In this document: positions 1 to 8,918 of the stretch, piece by piece
How positions within the stretch are numbered: the first letter of the stretch is position 1
Layout of the letters: each line of letters starts with the position of its first letter
Assembly: GCA_043767805.1 (NCBI GenBank)
Contig: JAYUGC010000119.1
Coordinates: 1-27,898 of the forward strand
Direction of reading: 5' to 3'
From: Pseudomonadota bacterium
GTDB taxonomy: Bacteria; Bdellovibrionota; FAC87; UBA2466
Length of the DNA stretch: 27,898 bases
Program-made: the position numbers and the translations under genes
Notes under the pieces: generated by a model
Told to the model about the DNA's origin: nothing
Database searches by the model: none
What the model saw: the letters and a program-made list of their open reading frames with translations, nothing else

Positions 1-551
1 TCTTCTCGGTGGGCCTGGGTATCACCCCCGTCTCCGGCCGCATCGGCTTCGAGTTCGATATCGAGCCGCGCACCGGATTCTTACTCATTGACTGTTTGAT
101 GTCGGAAAGCGGCTGGGCTGCCTTTCGCAATGCGCTCTATCATATGATCCTCCCCGCGGTGGCCTTGGGCACGATTCCGCTCGCGACCATCGCCCGCATG
201 ACTCGCTCGAGTCTTTTGGAAGTGCTTGGGGAGGATTACATCCGCACCGCAAAGGCCAAGGGCTTGAGTCCCCTGAGAGTGGTCTGGGTACACGGCTTGC
301 GAAACGCGCTCATTCCCATTGCGACCAGTATCGGCCTTCTGCTCAGCACCATCGTGACGGGAGCCATTCTTACCGAAACGATTTTCTCCTGGCCCGGCAT
401 CGGCAAATGGATGGTGGCAAGCGTAACCTCCCGCGACTATCCCGTCATTCAAGGGGGCCTCTTACTCATCGCCGCGCTCATCGTGTTCGTGAACATGGTT
501 TTGGATCTGATGTACGCCCTCATCAACCCACGCATCCGGAGCGTCGTATGA
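1..551 (+). CDS. dppB: Dipeptide/oligopeptide ABC transporter permease (5'-truncated by window edge)
   Basis: EAA-type loop (RMTRSSLLEVLGEDYIRTAKAKGL), C-terminal ETIFSWPGIG...RDYPVIQG...DLMYALINPRI typical of DppB/OppB; first gene of a B-C-D-F run. Confidence 0.9.
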   Translation, partial: FSVGLGITPVSGRIGFEFDIEPRTGFLLIDCLMSESGWAAFRNALYHMILPAVALGTIPLATIARMTRSSLLEVLGEDYIRTAKAKGLSPLRVVWVHGLRNALIPIATSIGLLLSTIVTGAILTETIFSWPGIGKWMVASVTSRDYPVIQGGLLLIAALIVFVNMVLDLMYALINPRIRSVV

Positions 552-1447
552 TTCAGGCCGGCACTCTGACCGGGACGTTACCCACGGCCGAAGCGTCCCC
601 TCCGAAACTCTGGCGAGAGACGTGGAGCTACTTTTCCCAGAATCGGGGCGCGGTAATCGGTCTCTCGGCGATTTCCGCTTTCGTTTTGGTCGCGGCGCTC
701 GCGCCTTGGGTAGCGCCCTACGATCCCAGCCGCGTTCACGACGGAGTATTGCAGCTCAGGCCTCTCGCGCAATCGGCATTCCCGCTCGGCACGGACGACA
801 TCGGCCGAGATGTGCTGAGCCGGCTTCTTTTCGGTGCCCGCATTTCGCTCGGCATCGGCTTTCTCGCCGTTTGCCTTTCGGTGAGTATCGGCACGACGCT
901 GGGGCTTACGGCCGGCTATTTTGGCGGCGTCGTCGGCACTACCATCCTGCGCCTCATGGACATGATGATGGCTCTGCCCTCGCTTCTGCTCGCCATCGTC
1001 GTCGTATCGGTGCTAGGGCCGAACTTGCTTAACGCCATCTTGGCGGTAAGCCTCGTGCAGATCCCCACCATCACTCGCCTAGTGCGCGCGGCAACGCTTT
1101 CCGAAAAGGTAAAACCTTACGTCACCGCGTCTCGTTGCTACGGCGCGAGCCCCTTACGGCAGATGTTCATTAATATTCTTCCCAACGCGAGAGCTCCGCT
1201 CATAGTGCAGGCGACCCTCGGCTTCAGCGATGCGATTCTCGACGCGGCGGCTCTGGGCTTTCTGGGTCTGGGCGCTCAGGCTCCGACTCCCGAGTGGGGC
1301 ACGATGCTCGCCGATAGCCGGCCTTTCATCGAAAGCGCTCCGTGGCTCGTCACTCTTCCCGGCCTTTGCATCCTTTGCGTGGTGCTTTCATTCAACCTCC
1401 TGGGCGACGGCCTTCGCGACGCCCTGGACCCGAGACTACGGAGATAA
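548..1447 (+). CDS. dppC: Dipeptide ABC transporter permease
   Basis: PLGTDDIGRDVLSRLLFGARISL and PTPEWGTML...FNLLGDGLRDALDPR motifs. Start placed at ATG 548, overlapping the dppB stop (ATGA), rather than at 407. Confidence 0.9.
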   Translation: MIQAGTLTGTLPTAEASPPKLWRETWSYFSQNRGAVIGLSAISAFVLVAALAPWVAPYDPSRVHDGVLQLRPLAQSAFPLGTDDIGRDVLSRLLFGARISLGIGFLAVCLSVSIGTTLGLTAGYFGGVVGTTILRLMDMMMALPSLLLAIVVVSVLGPNLLNAILAVSLVQIPTITRLVRAATLSEKVKPYVTASRCYGASPLRQMFINILPNARAPLIVQATLGFSDAILDAAALGFLGLGAQAPTPEWGTMLADSRPFIESAPWLVTLPGLCILCVVLSFNLLGDGLRDALDPRLRR

Positions 1448-1450
1448 GCG

Positions 1451-2416
1451 ATGCTTCTCGAAGTAGACAACCTCACCGTCGAGTTTCAAACCCAGCGCGG
1501 GCCGTCGAAAGCCGTCGACGGCGTGAGCTTCGCGCTCGACGCCGGAGAAACCCTGGGGTTGGTAGGAGAGTCCGGCTCGGGAAAAAGCGTGACGAGCCTC
1601 GCGCTCATGGGGCTGCTTCCGGGAAACGCGAGCGTGACCGCGACTCGACTCAACTTCGACGGGCTTTCGCTCCTCGATCTGTCTCCGCGCGGCCTGCGCC
1701 GGATCCGCGGCGGCTCCATCGGAATGATCTTTCAAGATCCCATGACGAGCTTGAATCCGTGCTTCACCGTAGGCTTTCAAATCGACGAAGCCCTCGCGGC
1801 TCACGGCAAGGGATCTCGCCGCGAGCGGCATAAGAGAGCTTTGGAACTTCTCGATCGCGTGGGCATCGCCGACGGCGCGCATCGGCTAAAGAGCTACCCC
1901 CACGAGCTCTCGGGCGGCATGTCTCAGCGCGTGATGATTGCCATGGCGCTCGCCTGTAAGCCGAGGCTCCTCATTGCCGACGAGCCCACGACCGCCTTGG
2001 ACGTCACCATTCAAGCGCAGATCTTAAATCTCCTGAAAGATTTGTGCCGTGAGTCTTCGATGGCTCTCATCCTCATCACTCACGACCTGGGGGTCGTCGC
2101 CGAGCACACTGAGCGATTGTGCGTGATGTACGCGGGCGAGCTGGTGGAAAGCGGAAAGACCAAGGAGGTCCTTCAGCGCCCTAGGCACCCTTACACGGAA
2201 GGGCTCTTGAAATGTCTTCCGGGAAGAAATTTGAGTGAAGGCAAGTTGAGCCGTCTGCCCAGTATCGCAGGTGTCGTGCCGGATCTCACCCGCCGGCCTT
2301 CGGGCTGTCAGTTTCATCCTCGATGCGCTGGCGCGACCAGACAATGCGCCGAGCGCGCGCCGGCTTTTATCGACGGGGCTCGTTGCCACTTTCCCGTCGC
2401 GGAGGCTCGATCATGA
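1451..2416 (+). CDS. dppD: Dipeptide ABC transporter ATP-binding subunit
   Basis: Walker A GESGSGKS, signature LSGGM, Walker B LIADEPT, C-terminal Cys-rich oligopeptide-ABC tail (GCQFHPRC). Confidence 0.92.
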   Translation: MLLEVDNLTVEFQTQRGPSKAVDGVSFALDAGETLGLVGESGSGKSVTSLALMGLLPGNASVTATRLNFDGLSLLDLSPRGLRRIRGGSIGMIFQDPMTSLNPCFTVGFQIDEALAAHGKGSRRERHKRALELLDRVGIADGAHRLKSYPHELSGGMSQRVMIAMALACKPRLLIADEPTTALDVTIQAQILNLLKDLCRESSMALILITHDLGVVAEHTERLCVMYAGELVESGKTKEVLQRPRHPYTEGLLKCLPGRNLSEGKLSRLPSIAGVVPDLTRRPSGCQFHPRCAGATRQCAERAPAFIDGARCHFPVAEARS

Positions 2417-3345
2417 GCTTACTTCAAACGGTGTCTCTGTCGAAAACGTACCCGGTCCGGAGTCTCTTCGGGCCAAAGCGCGCCATTCACGCCTTGACCG
2501 ACGTTTCTTTTGAATTAAATCCGGGAGAAACCCTCGCCGTCGTGGGGGAGTCGGGCTGCGGAAAAAGCACGCTTGCGAAAGTGCTCTTGGGAATCGAGCC
2601 GGCATCCAGCGGCACCGTGCTTTGGAACGGGCGGCCCGCCACTGAGCTTTCGGCCGCCGAACGGCGCGGAAACGTACAGATGGTATTTCAAGATCCCATG
2701 GGATCGCTAAACCCGCGCAAACGGGCGTGGGAAATAATCGCCGAGCCCCTTCGCATCACTACCAAGGCGTCTCAGGAAGAGTGCCGCGCGCTGGCCGCGG
2801 CGATGCTCCAACGAGTGGGCTTGAGAGCCGAGCAGGCGGATCGCTATCCACATATGTTCAGCGGCGGGCAGCGCCAGCGCATTGGTATCGCCCGCGCCTT
2901 GATGCTACGGCCGAAAGTCCTCGTATGCGACGAGCCGGTCTCCGCACTCGACGTTTCCATTCAAGCGCAGATCTTGAATCTCCTTCGCGATCTTCAGGAA
3001 GAGTTCCGGCTCTCCTACGTTTTCATTTCTCACGATCTCTCGGTGGTGCGTTACCTGGCCGACCGCGTGCTGGTTATCTATCTCGGCCGCGCGGTGGAGT
3101 ATGGGACCGCGAAGGAAGTGCTCACGCAACCGAAGCATCCGTACACTCAGGCGCTACTCGCCAGTACGCCCGAGATTCGCTTCGACGGTGTCCAGCGCGC
3201 GCAATCCGTGCGAGGGGAATTGCCGTCGCCGCTCAATCCGCCGCCGGGTTGCGCGTTTCACAAACGCTGCCCCATTGCCAAGGACAAATGCCGGGTCGAC
3301 GTCCCTCGGCTCGACGCGAACGGCGTCGCTTGCCATTTCGCCTGA
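2413..3345 (+). CDS. dppF: Dipeptide ABC transporter ATP-binding subunit
   Basis: GESGCGKS, YPHMFSGGQRQR, VCDEPVSALD, PPPGCAFHKRC. ATG 2413 overlaps the dppD stop (ATGA) with GGAGG upstream. Confidence 0.92.
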   Translation: MSLLQTVSLSKTYPVRSLFGPKRAIHALTDVSFELNPGETLAVVGESGCGKSTLAKVLLGIEPASSGTVLWNGRPATELSAAERRGNVQMVFQDPMGSLNPRKRAWEIIAEPLRITTKASQEECRALAAAMLQRVGLRAEQADRYPHMFSGGQRQRIGIARALMLRPKVLVCDEPVSALDVSIQAQILNLLRDLQEEFRLSYVFISHDLSVVRYLADRVLVIYLGRAVEYGTAKEVLTQPKHPYTQALLASTPEIRFDGVQRAQSVRGELPSPLNPPPGCAFHKRCPIAKDKCRVDVPRLDANGVACHFA

Positions 3346-3366
3346 CTCCGCGCGAATATCGGCCCC

Positions 3367-3855
3367 ATGCCGTACCAGCCCATCCTCGCGACCCTGGCCT
3401 ATGTCTTTTCGCCCGACGGAAAGAAGGTGCTTCTCGTGCACCGTAATCGCCGTCCGGACGACGCGCATTTCGGCAAGTACAACGGGCTTGGCGGAAAAAT
3501 GGAAGCGCTGGAAAGTCCCGTAAGTTGTATCCGCCGCGAGATTCGGGAAGAGGCCGGCATCGAGTGCGAGTCGCTGACGTTAAAAGGTACCCTCAGCTGG
3601 CCCGGATTCGGCAAAGGCGGAGAAGATTGGTTCGGCTTTCTTTTTCGGGTGGATAAGTACTCTGGCACGCCCGCCACCGAGAACCCCGAAGGCACACTCG
3701 AATGGATCGAGACGGAGAAAATCCTCTCCCTTCCCCTGTGGGAAGGCGACCGTCATTTTCTGCCGCTCATGTTCGGTTCGGACCCGCGCCAGTTTCACGG
3801 GGTGATGCCTTACAAAGACGGACAACCGGTTTCTTGGCAGTACGATTGGATCTGA
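3367..3855 (+). CDS. Nudix hydrolase, 8-oxo-dGTPase (MutT/MutX/MTH1-like)
   Basis: Nudix box G-KMEAL-E-SPVSCIR-REIREEAGI; GKYNGLGGK and EGTLEW...LPLWEGDR motifs of the MutX/MTH1-like subgroup. Confidence 0.85.
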   Translation: MPYQPILATLAYVFSPDGKKVLLVHRNRRPDDAHFGKYNGLGGKMEALESPVSCIRREIREEAGIECESLTLKGTLSWPGFGKGGEDWFGFLFRVDKYSGTPATENPEGTLEWIETEKILSLPLWEGDRHFLPLMFGSDPRQFHGVMPYKDGQPVSWQYDWI

Positions 3856-3923
3856 TCTTACCGCGTCGTGACGCAGATCAAGGATAGGTCCACAATGGGG
3901 CCATCTTTTACCTTGGAGGCCCC

Positions 3924-4706
3924 ATGTCACGTCTCGTGATTTCCCTTTTAGTTTTTGCCGCAAGTTTTTCTCAAGCAAGTCCGAGCCCCATTGTCGACCC
4001 AGCGCTGCGCTTGCCGGGAGAGACCCTGGCCGGCGTGGTCGATTATAAAGGCGGCTTCGCCAAACTCGAGCTGACCGTCGCCCTCAAAGACATCGTTCGC
4101 TCTTTCCGCGTCGCCGTTCCCAAGTACTGTAAGGACGTGGAGATTTTGGAGGCAGGCACCGTAACCGAAGGCGTCTTCGACGAGGCCAAGCTGGTGAGCG
4201 AAACGGACCACACTTACTCGGTCAATGGCGGCGCGGGCCTCAGAGTCAGTGGCGTTCGGTTGACGACGAATGGCCCGGCCACCTCGGTTTGCGCTATTCC
4301 CGTTTTCTTAAGTGCCAAGAAAGCCACCGTGGTGACCGATCCGGGCGACGACCCGGCGCTCGGCACCCCAATGCGTGCCAACATCTGCAATAAGTCGGCT
4401 CAAAAAGCCTCCCTTGCCCTCGGATTTAACGACGGCTCGCAGTGGATGGCGCAGGGCTGGTGGGATCTCGCGCCTGGTCAATGCAACTGGTTCACGGTCC
4501 GTGGCAATCCTTCCTACTCGCTTTACTTGCACGGCAGAACGCCGTCAGGAACGTTTTGGGGCAAAGGCCACGCCCAGTTCTGCGTAACGTCCGCGAAATT
4601 CAGAGGCGGTGAAGAGCTCTGCACCCTCGAAAAAGGTGGTTTCCGCGTCCCGATGACCAAGCTCACTCGTCAGTGGGACGGAAACGTCTACATGGACCTC
4701 TTGTAG
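3924..4706 (+). CDS. Secreted protein with N-terminal unknown beta-rich domain and C-terminal DUF1036-like domain
   Basis: Signal peptide MSRLVISLLVFAASFSQA, GGAGG SD. The C-terminal ICNKS...SLALGF...W...GWWDLAPGQC...YLHG...W...FCV pattern matches DUF1036 as I recall it. Confidence 0.7.
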   Translation: MSRLVISLLVFAASFSQASPSPIVDPALRLPGETLAGVVDYKGGFAKLELTVALKDIVRSFRVAVPKYCKDVEILEAGTVTEGVFDEAKLVSETDHTYSVNGGAGLRVSGVRLTTNGPATSVCAIPVFLSAKKATVVTDPGDDPALGTPMRANICNKSAQKASLALGFNDGSQWMAQGWWDLAPGQCNWFTVRGNPSYSLYLHGRTPSGTFWGKGHAQFCVTSAKFRGGEELCTLEKGGFRVPMTKLTRQWDGNVYMDLL

Positions 4707-4720
4707 CCTGAGATAAGTTC

Positions 4721-4760
4721 AGGGCCCCTCCCTTTATCGAGAGGGGCCCTTTTTATTTTT
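4721..4760 (+). terminator. Rho-independent terminator
   Basis: Perfect 10-bp stem AGGGCCCCTC / GAGGGGCCCT (4721-4750) followed by TTTTATTTTT, between convergent genes. Confidence 0.85.
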
Positions 4761-5247
4761 AGAGAAGCGACTGTAGCTGACGAAAGAATTGCACCACGCG
4801 CCCGAAACGGAAGCTCAAGTCCTCCGATTCGCTCGAGTGGCGAATGGCTTGCGCGAGATCGCTCAGGTCACCCATCTGGTAGTCCACGTTTCGCGCGACC
4901 TGCCCGAGCCGCTCGCCACTTCGGAGCGCGTCGACGACGTCACTTTGCAGCGCGTCCGCCAGGCACTCGGCGAGCTCGGAGATGTCTCCGAAACCTCCCG
5001 AAGGCCTTCGCCCCGATCCGCCGCGGACATCGATGCCGAACGACCCGCCCCGATAGTCATAGACCTCGTTGGCTAGTTGCTGCAGCTCGTGACGCGCTTG
5101 CTGAGCCGCGCGAATGGCTTGCTGACGTAAGCCTACATCCGATCCTGGCCGGATGATGACGATATCCGACCCAGGACGATGCCCACGCACTTCGGCGACG
5201 AGGGCCGAGGACGCTAGTAGCGCCGCGGCCAAGAGAAGCTGTTTCAT
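4759..5247 (-). CDS. Hypothetical secreted helical protein
   Basis: Signal peptide MKQLLLAAALLASSALVA, AGGGGTGA SD before ATG 5247, duplicated RPGSD motif; no family recognised. Confidence 0.7.
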   Translation of the reverse strand: MKQLLLAAALLASSALVAEVRGHRPGSDIVIIRPGSDVGLRQQAIRAAQQARHELQQLANEVYDYRGGSFGIDVRGGSGRRPSGGFGDISELAECLADALQSDVVDALRSGERLGQVARNVDYQMGDLSDLAQAIRHSSESEDLSFRFGRVVQFFRQLQSLL

Positions 5248-5307
5248 ACTCACCCCTTTTTGTTTGAAGACCGGGGAAGTCCCGGACCACTCCCTGAGGT
5301 GAGCTAT

Positions 5308-5323
5308 ATCAATAAGCGTGCCG
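5308..5323 (-). promoter_or_regulatory. Variant sigma54-like promoter (CGGCACG-CTTA-TTGAT)
   Basis: Near-consensus -24 box, correct spacing, but -12 reads GA instead of GC; about 60 bp upstream of ATG 5247. Confidence 0.45.
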
Positions 5324-5416
5324 GGCTTTTGAAGGCAAAAAGCGGCAGCAACCGGAAAACTTTTCCGATGATGGGGACGAAGCGCGCCTGTTCCTAAAAT
5401 TTGGAACGCGAAACAC

Positions 5417-5698
5417 TTAACGCGCGACGAAATAGATAACCGCTCCCCAGAGCGCGACGAAACGGAGGAATCTGCGATCCTGCACCGTCTTCACGACGTG
5501 AGAAGCGATCTGCGGCGGCCCCACTTCGCCCAAGCGGATTAGCGAATCGAGAACGAAGGCGAGATCGAGAAGCCCACTCTCCAACAGAGAGCGTGCACGC
5601 TCGAAAAGATTCCAGCCCAGCTGTTCGCCGTAATATCGATCGGGAGGAGAAACGCTAAGGGCAACGCGATTGGATTTGGAAGCTTGTGAGTTCTGCAT
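5417..5698 (-). CDS. Small hypothetical protein with C-terminal hydrophobic segment
   Basis: Only ORF filling the gap after the protease; ends in FVALWGAVIYFVAR. Start uncertain (5698, 5716 or 5734). Confidence 0.35.
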   Translation of the reverse strand: MQNSQASKSNRVALSVSPPDRYYGEQLGWNLFERARSLLESGLLDLAFVLDSLIRLGEVGPPQIASHVVKTVQDRRFLRFVALWGAVIYFVAR

Positions 5699-5747
5699 GG
5701 AAGCGTTAGACCGCATTCCAGCGCGCAGGATCAAGAGACAAGATCCG

Positions 5748-7829
5748 TCACCGGGTCGAAGTAGGTGACGCGCTTTGAGAATTCCCGATACTCGCCACCC
5801 CGCGCGTGGGCACGGCCCCCGTCTCGAAATAGCCTTCGAACTCGAAGGAAAGCGCGGCGAGCTCCGCGCCCTCGAACTCTCTCACTTTCACGCCGTCGCT
5901 GTCGCTAATCCCGAAAGCCACGATGACCACGCCGTCCTCATCTCTCTGCAAGACCACGAGCCTCGTCACCGAGCTCTCACTCGGAACGTTGTACGCGGTC
6001 TGAGTGCAAATCGTGGCCCCCGTGGCCATGTTGGCTCCGGGGCGCGTGCGCGCGCAATGAAACGACTCCGTCCGCGGCGCCGACAAATCCACTCCCATCT
6101 TGTTCGAATGACGTAAATCGACACCGAGGAGACCCCAATAGGGGAGAAACGTATAGGGCCGATAGCCGATGGGCAGGAACCGAAGCTCGTTCTTCATGCC
6201 CTCTCTTACTTCGATCTGAATGCGGCCTTCCGACTTGTAATCCGCGCACACCAAAACCGAGGCCTGTCCCCGGCTTCCCCGCCGGCAACCTTCAGCGGGA
6301 CTCGGAGCGACGACGTCGCGAGGCAACCAGAAACCGTATTTACGATCGAGAAGCTCGGTGCCGAAGTGACGAAAATGAGCGGGGTCGAGACCATGGCCTT
6401 CTTCGAGGGCCTTTCGCGCCGGCGCGAAGACCTGGCCGAGTAAGCGCGTTTCTTCCCTCTGCTGCTCCTCGCGGATCAGGTGCGATTCCACGTGCGGCTC
6501 GTGCCAAGCGTTGAAGCGGCGGGCGTAGCGGAACACTTCCTTCTGATCGATGCCGAAATTGAGACCAGTCGTCTCGGGAGAAAAATAAGCGGCGGTGGCG
6601 ACTCCCAGAAGCTCGCCGTAGCGATTAAAGACGGGACCCCCGCTATTGCCGGGGCTGATGGGAGCCGTGAATTGAATGGAGGAAATCGCCCGCGCCGAGG
6701 AACCGACCCGATAATTCGCCTGGCGGCTGCGCTTATCTTCTCGGAGCCCACTGATGACGCCTTGGCTTAGCGAGAAATCAAAGCTGAGGGGATGGCCGAT
6801 GATGATGGCGGACTCACCGACTTTGACTTTGCTCTCTTTCGGCCGCAGCCAGATCTCGGGTCGCACGTTCAGCCGAGCCACGCAAAGATCGATGTTTCTT
6901 TCATCCGAGCAACCGCCGATCTGAAACCGGTCCAGCTTCGTGCCATCGGCGAGATGAAAGATCGCCCCCATGCCGGGCCGAAGCGCGGGGCCGAGGACGT
7001 GATCGTTGGTGATCAAGACCCCGTCGTCCGAAATGAAGAAGCCCGTGCCCGTTGCTACCGGAACCCCTAAATGAGTGAGCTCGATGCGCACGATGGCGGG
7101 ACGGAATCTTTCGTAAAGCGTCGCGGGATCGGCCACCATCCAGCGCGCGTGCTCGCCGTAGCGAGCCGCGAGTAGCGCGAGACCCAAACACGCCTGAAAA
7201 GCGAGCGAGCGCCGTGAAGTGAGCGCGCCCAACCAGCGCGCGTAGCGGCCGGAGCGAGGCGCGCCGACCACGCGCGTATCGAGGAGTAGATCGGCGAGCA
7301 TCCGGCCATCCGTCCGAAAGAGCCCGAAGAACAGGGCTTGAAGGACGGGCAAGCAGGGCACGAGCACGTACGCGCCCGGAAGCCAGCTTCGCACCGCGGG
7401 CAGAAGCGAAAGAAAGGAGGCGACGGCGATAGGCACAACCTTGAAGCCGAACTCTCGAAGGAATGCGCGAACAAATCCCACGCGAGCCCGGGTTTCCGCG
7501 CGCTCGAGGCGCAGATGAAAGAGCGTCTTGCCGGCCGTGGTACCTAGATAGCGATAGCAGAAACCAAAGTAGAGGAAGAAGAGCGCAAGGATGAGGACAC
7601 AGTCCAGGGAGAAGGCATTGGACTTAGACACGCTTAGTCCGAAACGAGCGAGGAGCACTCGTAAGGTACTGGCGAACAAACTGGAAAAGACGAGCAAGGC
7701 CCAGTCCAGAATCGTCGCCGCCATTCTCAAAGTGAAGCGGGGAACGGGAAACACCCAAGGAGCGGGGCGGGCCTTAGCTTTTCCGGTGGGCACCGGGAAG
7801 CTCCGGCGAATCAAAGTACGGTTCCACAT
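5748..7829 (-). CDS. RDD-domain / trypsin-like serine protease fusion
   Basis: RDD motifs (RMAATILD, GTTAGKTLFHLRL, RAFLRE, GRMLADLLLDTRVV); S1 triad TNDHV, IDLCV, PGNSGGP; no PDZ recognisable; GGGAGG SD. Confidence 0.85.
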   Translation of the reverse strand: MWNRTLIRRSFPVPTGKAKARPAPWVFPVPRFTLRMAATILDWALLVFSSLFASTLRVLLARFGLSVSKSNAFSLDCVLILALFFLYFGFCYRYLGTTAGKTLFHLRLERAETRARVGFVRAFLREFGFKVVPIAVASFLSLLPAVRSWLPGAYVLVPCLPVLQALFFGLFRTDGRMLADLLLDTRVVGAPRSGRYARWLGALTSRRSLAFQACLGLALLAARYGEHARWMVADPATLYERFRPAIVRIELTHLGVPVATGTGFFISDDGVLITNDHVLGPALRPGMGAIFHLADGTKLDRFQIGGCSDERNIDLCVARLNVRPEIWLRPKESKVKVGESAIIIGHPLSFDFSLSQGVISGLREDKRSRQANYRVGSSARAISSIQFTAPISPGNSGGPVFNRYGELLGVATAAYFSPETTGLNFGIDQKEVFRYARRFNAWHEPHVESHLIREEQQREETRLLGQVFAPARKALEEGHGLDPAHFRHFGTELLDRKYGFWLPRDVVAPSPAEGCRRGSRGQASVLVCADYKSEGRIQIEVREGMKNELRFLPIGYRPYTFLPYWGLLGVDLRHSNKMGVDLSAPRTESFHCARTRPGANMATGATICTQTAYNVPSESSVTRLVVLQRDEDGVVIVAFGISDSDGVKVREFEGAELAALSFEFEGYFETGAVPTRGVASIGNSQSASPTSTR

Positions 7830-7854
7830 TTGCCACCTCCCACCTACTCAGGAG

Positions 7855-7870
7855 TGCAACGGGGAGACCA
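7855..7870 (-). promoter_or_regulatory. Candidate sigma54 promoter (TGGTCTC-CCCG-TTGCA)
   Basis: TGG-N10-GC with TTGCA, 25 bp upstream of ATG 7829. Confidence 0.55.
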
Positions 7871-8029
7871 GAATGCGAGCCTGGAAAAAAGCGTATGCTT
7901 TGTGTACGCGTGACGATCTTTTTACGTGGGTTGCCCGTATTCTACAAAGTTCGGGGTGGGCGTGACGACTTACGAAAGTGTAGATCCAAGACACGGTGTC
8001 TCGGAGGTCGCCAGCTGCCGGGTATCGCC

Positions 8030-8848
8030 TTAATGCATTTTGCGAAAACGCGCGAGGTCGAGCGATTCCCCCGGCTTCAGATGATAAACCTGATCGGGGG
8101 CGCCGGAGGTGCCGCGCTTCACCGCCATCACCTGGCTGCGGCCGACGACCTTCACCCAGCGCTGATCCTCCAGGATGACGCCCGTCGCTTCGTCGATGGC
8201 GAGTCCCAAGGATTCAGGGCTCACCGAGAACGCCGACCAAAACCGGTTCTGGCGATGCCGGACGAAAAAATGCTGATCGACCAGGATGCCACGAAGAAGG
8301 CCCAGTCCCGAGGCCATGATGACCGCCGCGGGATCGATTCCCAAAAGCTCGCCCCCCGCCACTTTCGGCGAGTTCACGTTGTAGTTTCCCGTGAACATGG
8401 TCTGCGCCATCACGGCCGTGCCAGCGCTCGTTCCGTAGATCGGAACGCCCCGAGCCATCTTGCGGCGAAGCAGAGTTTTGACCATCGGGTGCTTCTGCAC
8501 CACCGACATGAAATCGTTTTGATCGCCGCCCGTGAAATACACGCCAGTCGCCGCTTCCAGCTGCTGGTAGAAACGCTCGCTTTGCGTATCCATTTCTTCC
8601 GGGGTCGGAGAGAGAAGGAGCTCTTTGATCTTATGGGGAGCCAGCTCATCCTTCAGGTAGTCGTAAACGACCTGGGGCTGATCCGTGGACCAGGTGATGA
8701 GCAGAATGCGCGCGCGGGTACCCCCTGACCAGTTGGCCAAAGCCGCGAGACCTGCCGCGGGCGGAGATCCGCCCCCGACCAAAATGAGCCGTTCCCTGGC
8801 CATCGCGGGAAAGGCGAGAGCCAAAAGCATCAGACATTTCAACATCAA
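8030..8848 (-). CDS. Cyanophycinase (peptidase S51) with signal peptide
   Basis: LILVGGG, FTGGDQ, GTSAG (Ser), DQHFFVRHRQNR (His plus conserved Args), AIDEAT (Glu); N-terminal MLKCLMLLALAFPAMA. Start TTG 8848 or ATG 8845. Confidence 0.85.
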   Translation of the reverse strand: MMLKCLMLLALAFPAMARERLILVGGGSPPAAGLAALANWSGGTRARILLITWSTDQPQVVYDYLKDELAPHKIKELLLSPTPEEMDTQSERFYQQLEAATGVYFTGGDQNDFMSVVQKHPMVKTLLRRKMARGVPIYGTSAGTAVMAQTMFTGNYNVNSPKVAGGELLGIDPAAVIMASGLGLLRGILVDQHFFVRHRQNRFWSAFSVSPESLGLAIDEATGVILEDQRWVKVVGRSQVMAVKRGTSGAPDQVYHLKPGESLDLARFRKMH

Positions 8849-8918
8849 CCCCCCCGGGTCCTGTGTGAGTCCGTTTCCTAAGTTCTACTGAAGAACGGAC
8901 GGTTTGGGGAGGAAAGAT

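Noticed and set aside
7895..8728. 277-aa plus-strand ORF
   Set aside because: Antisense shadow of the cyanophycinase.
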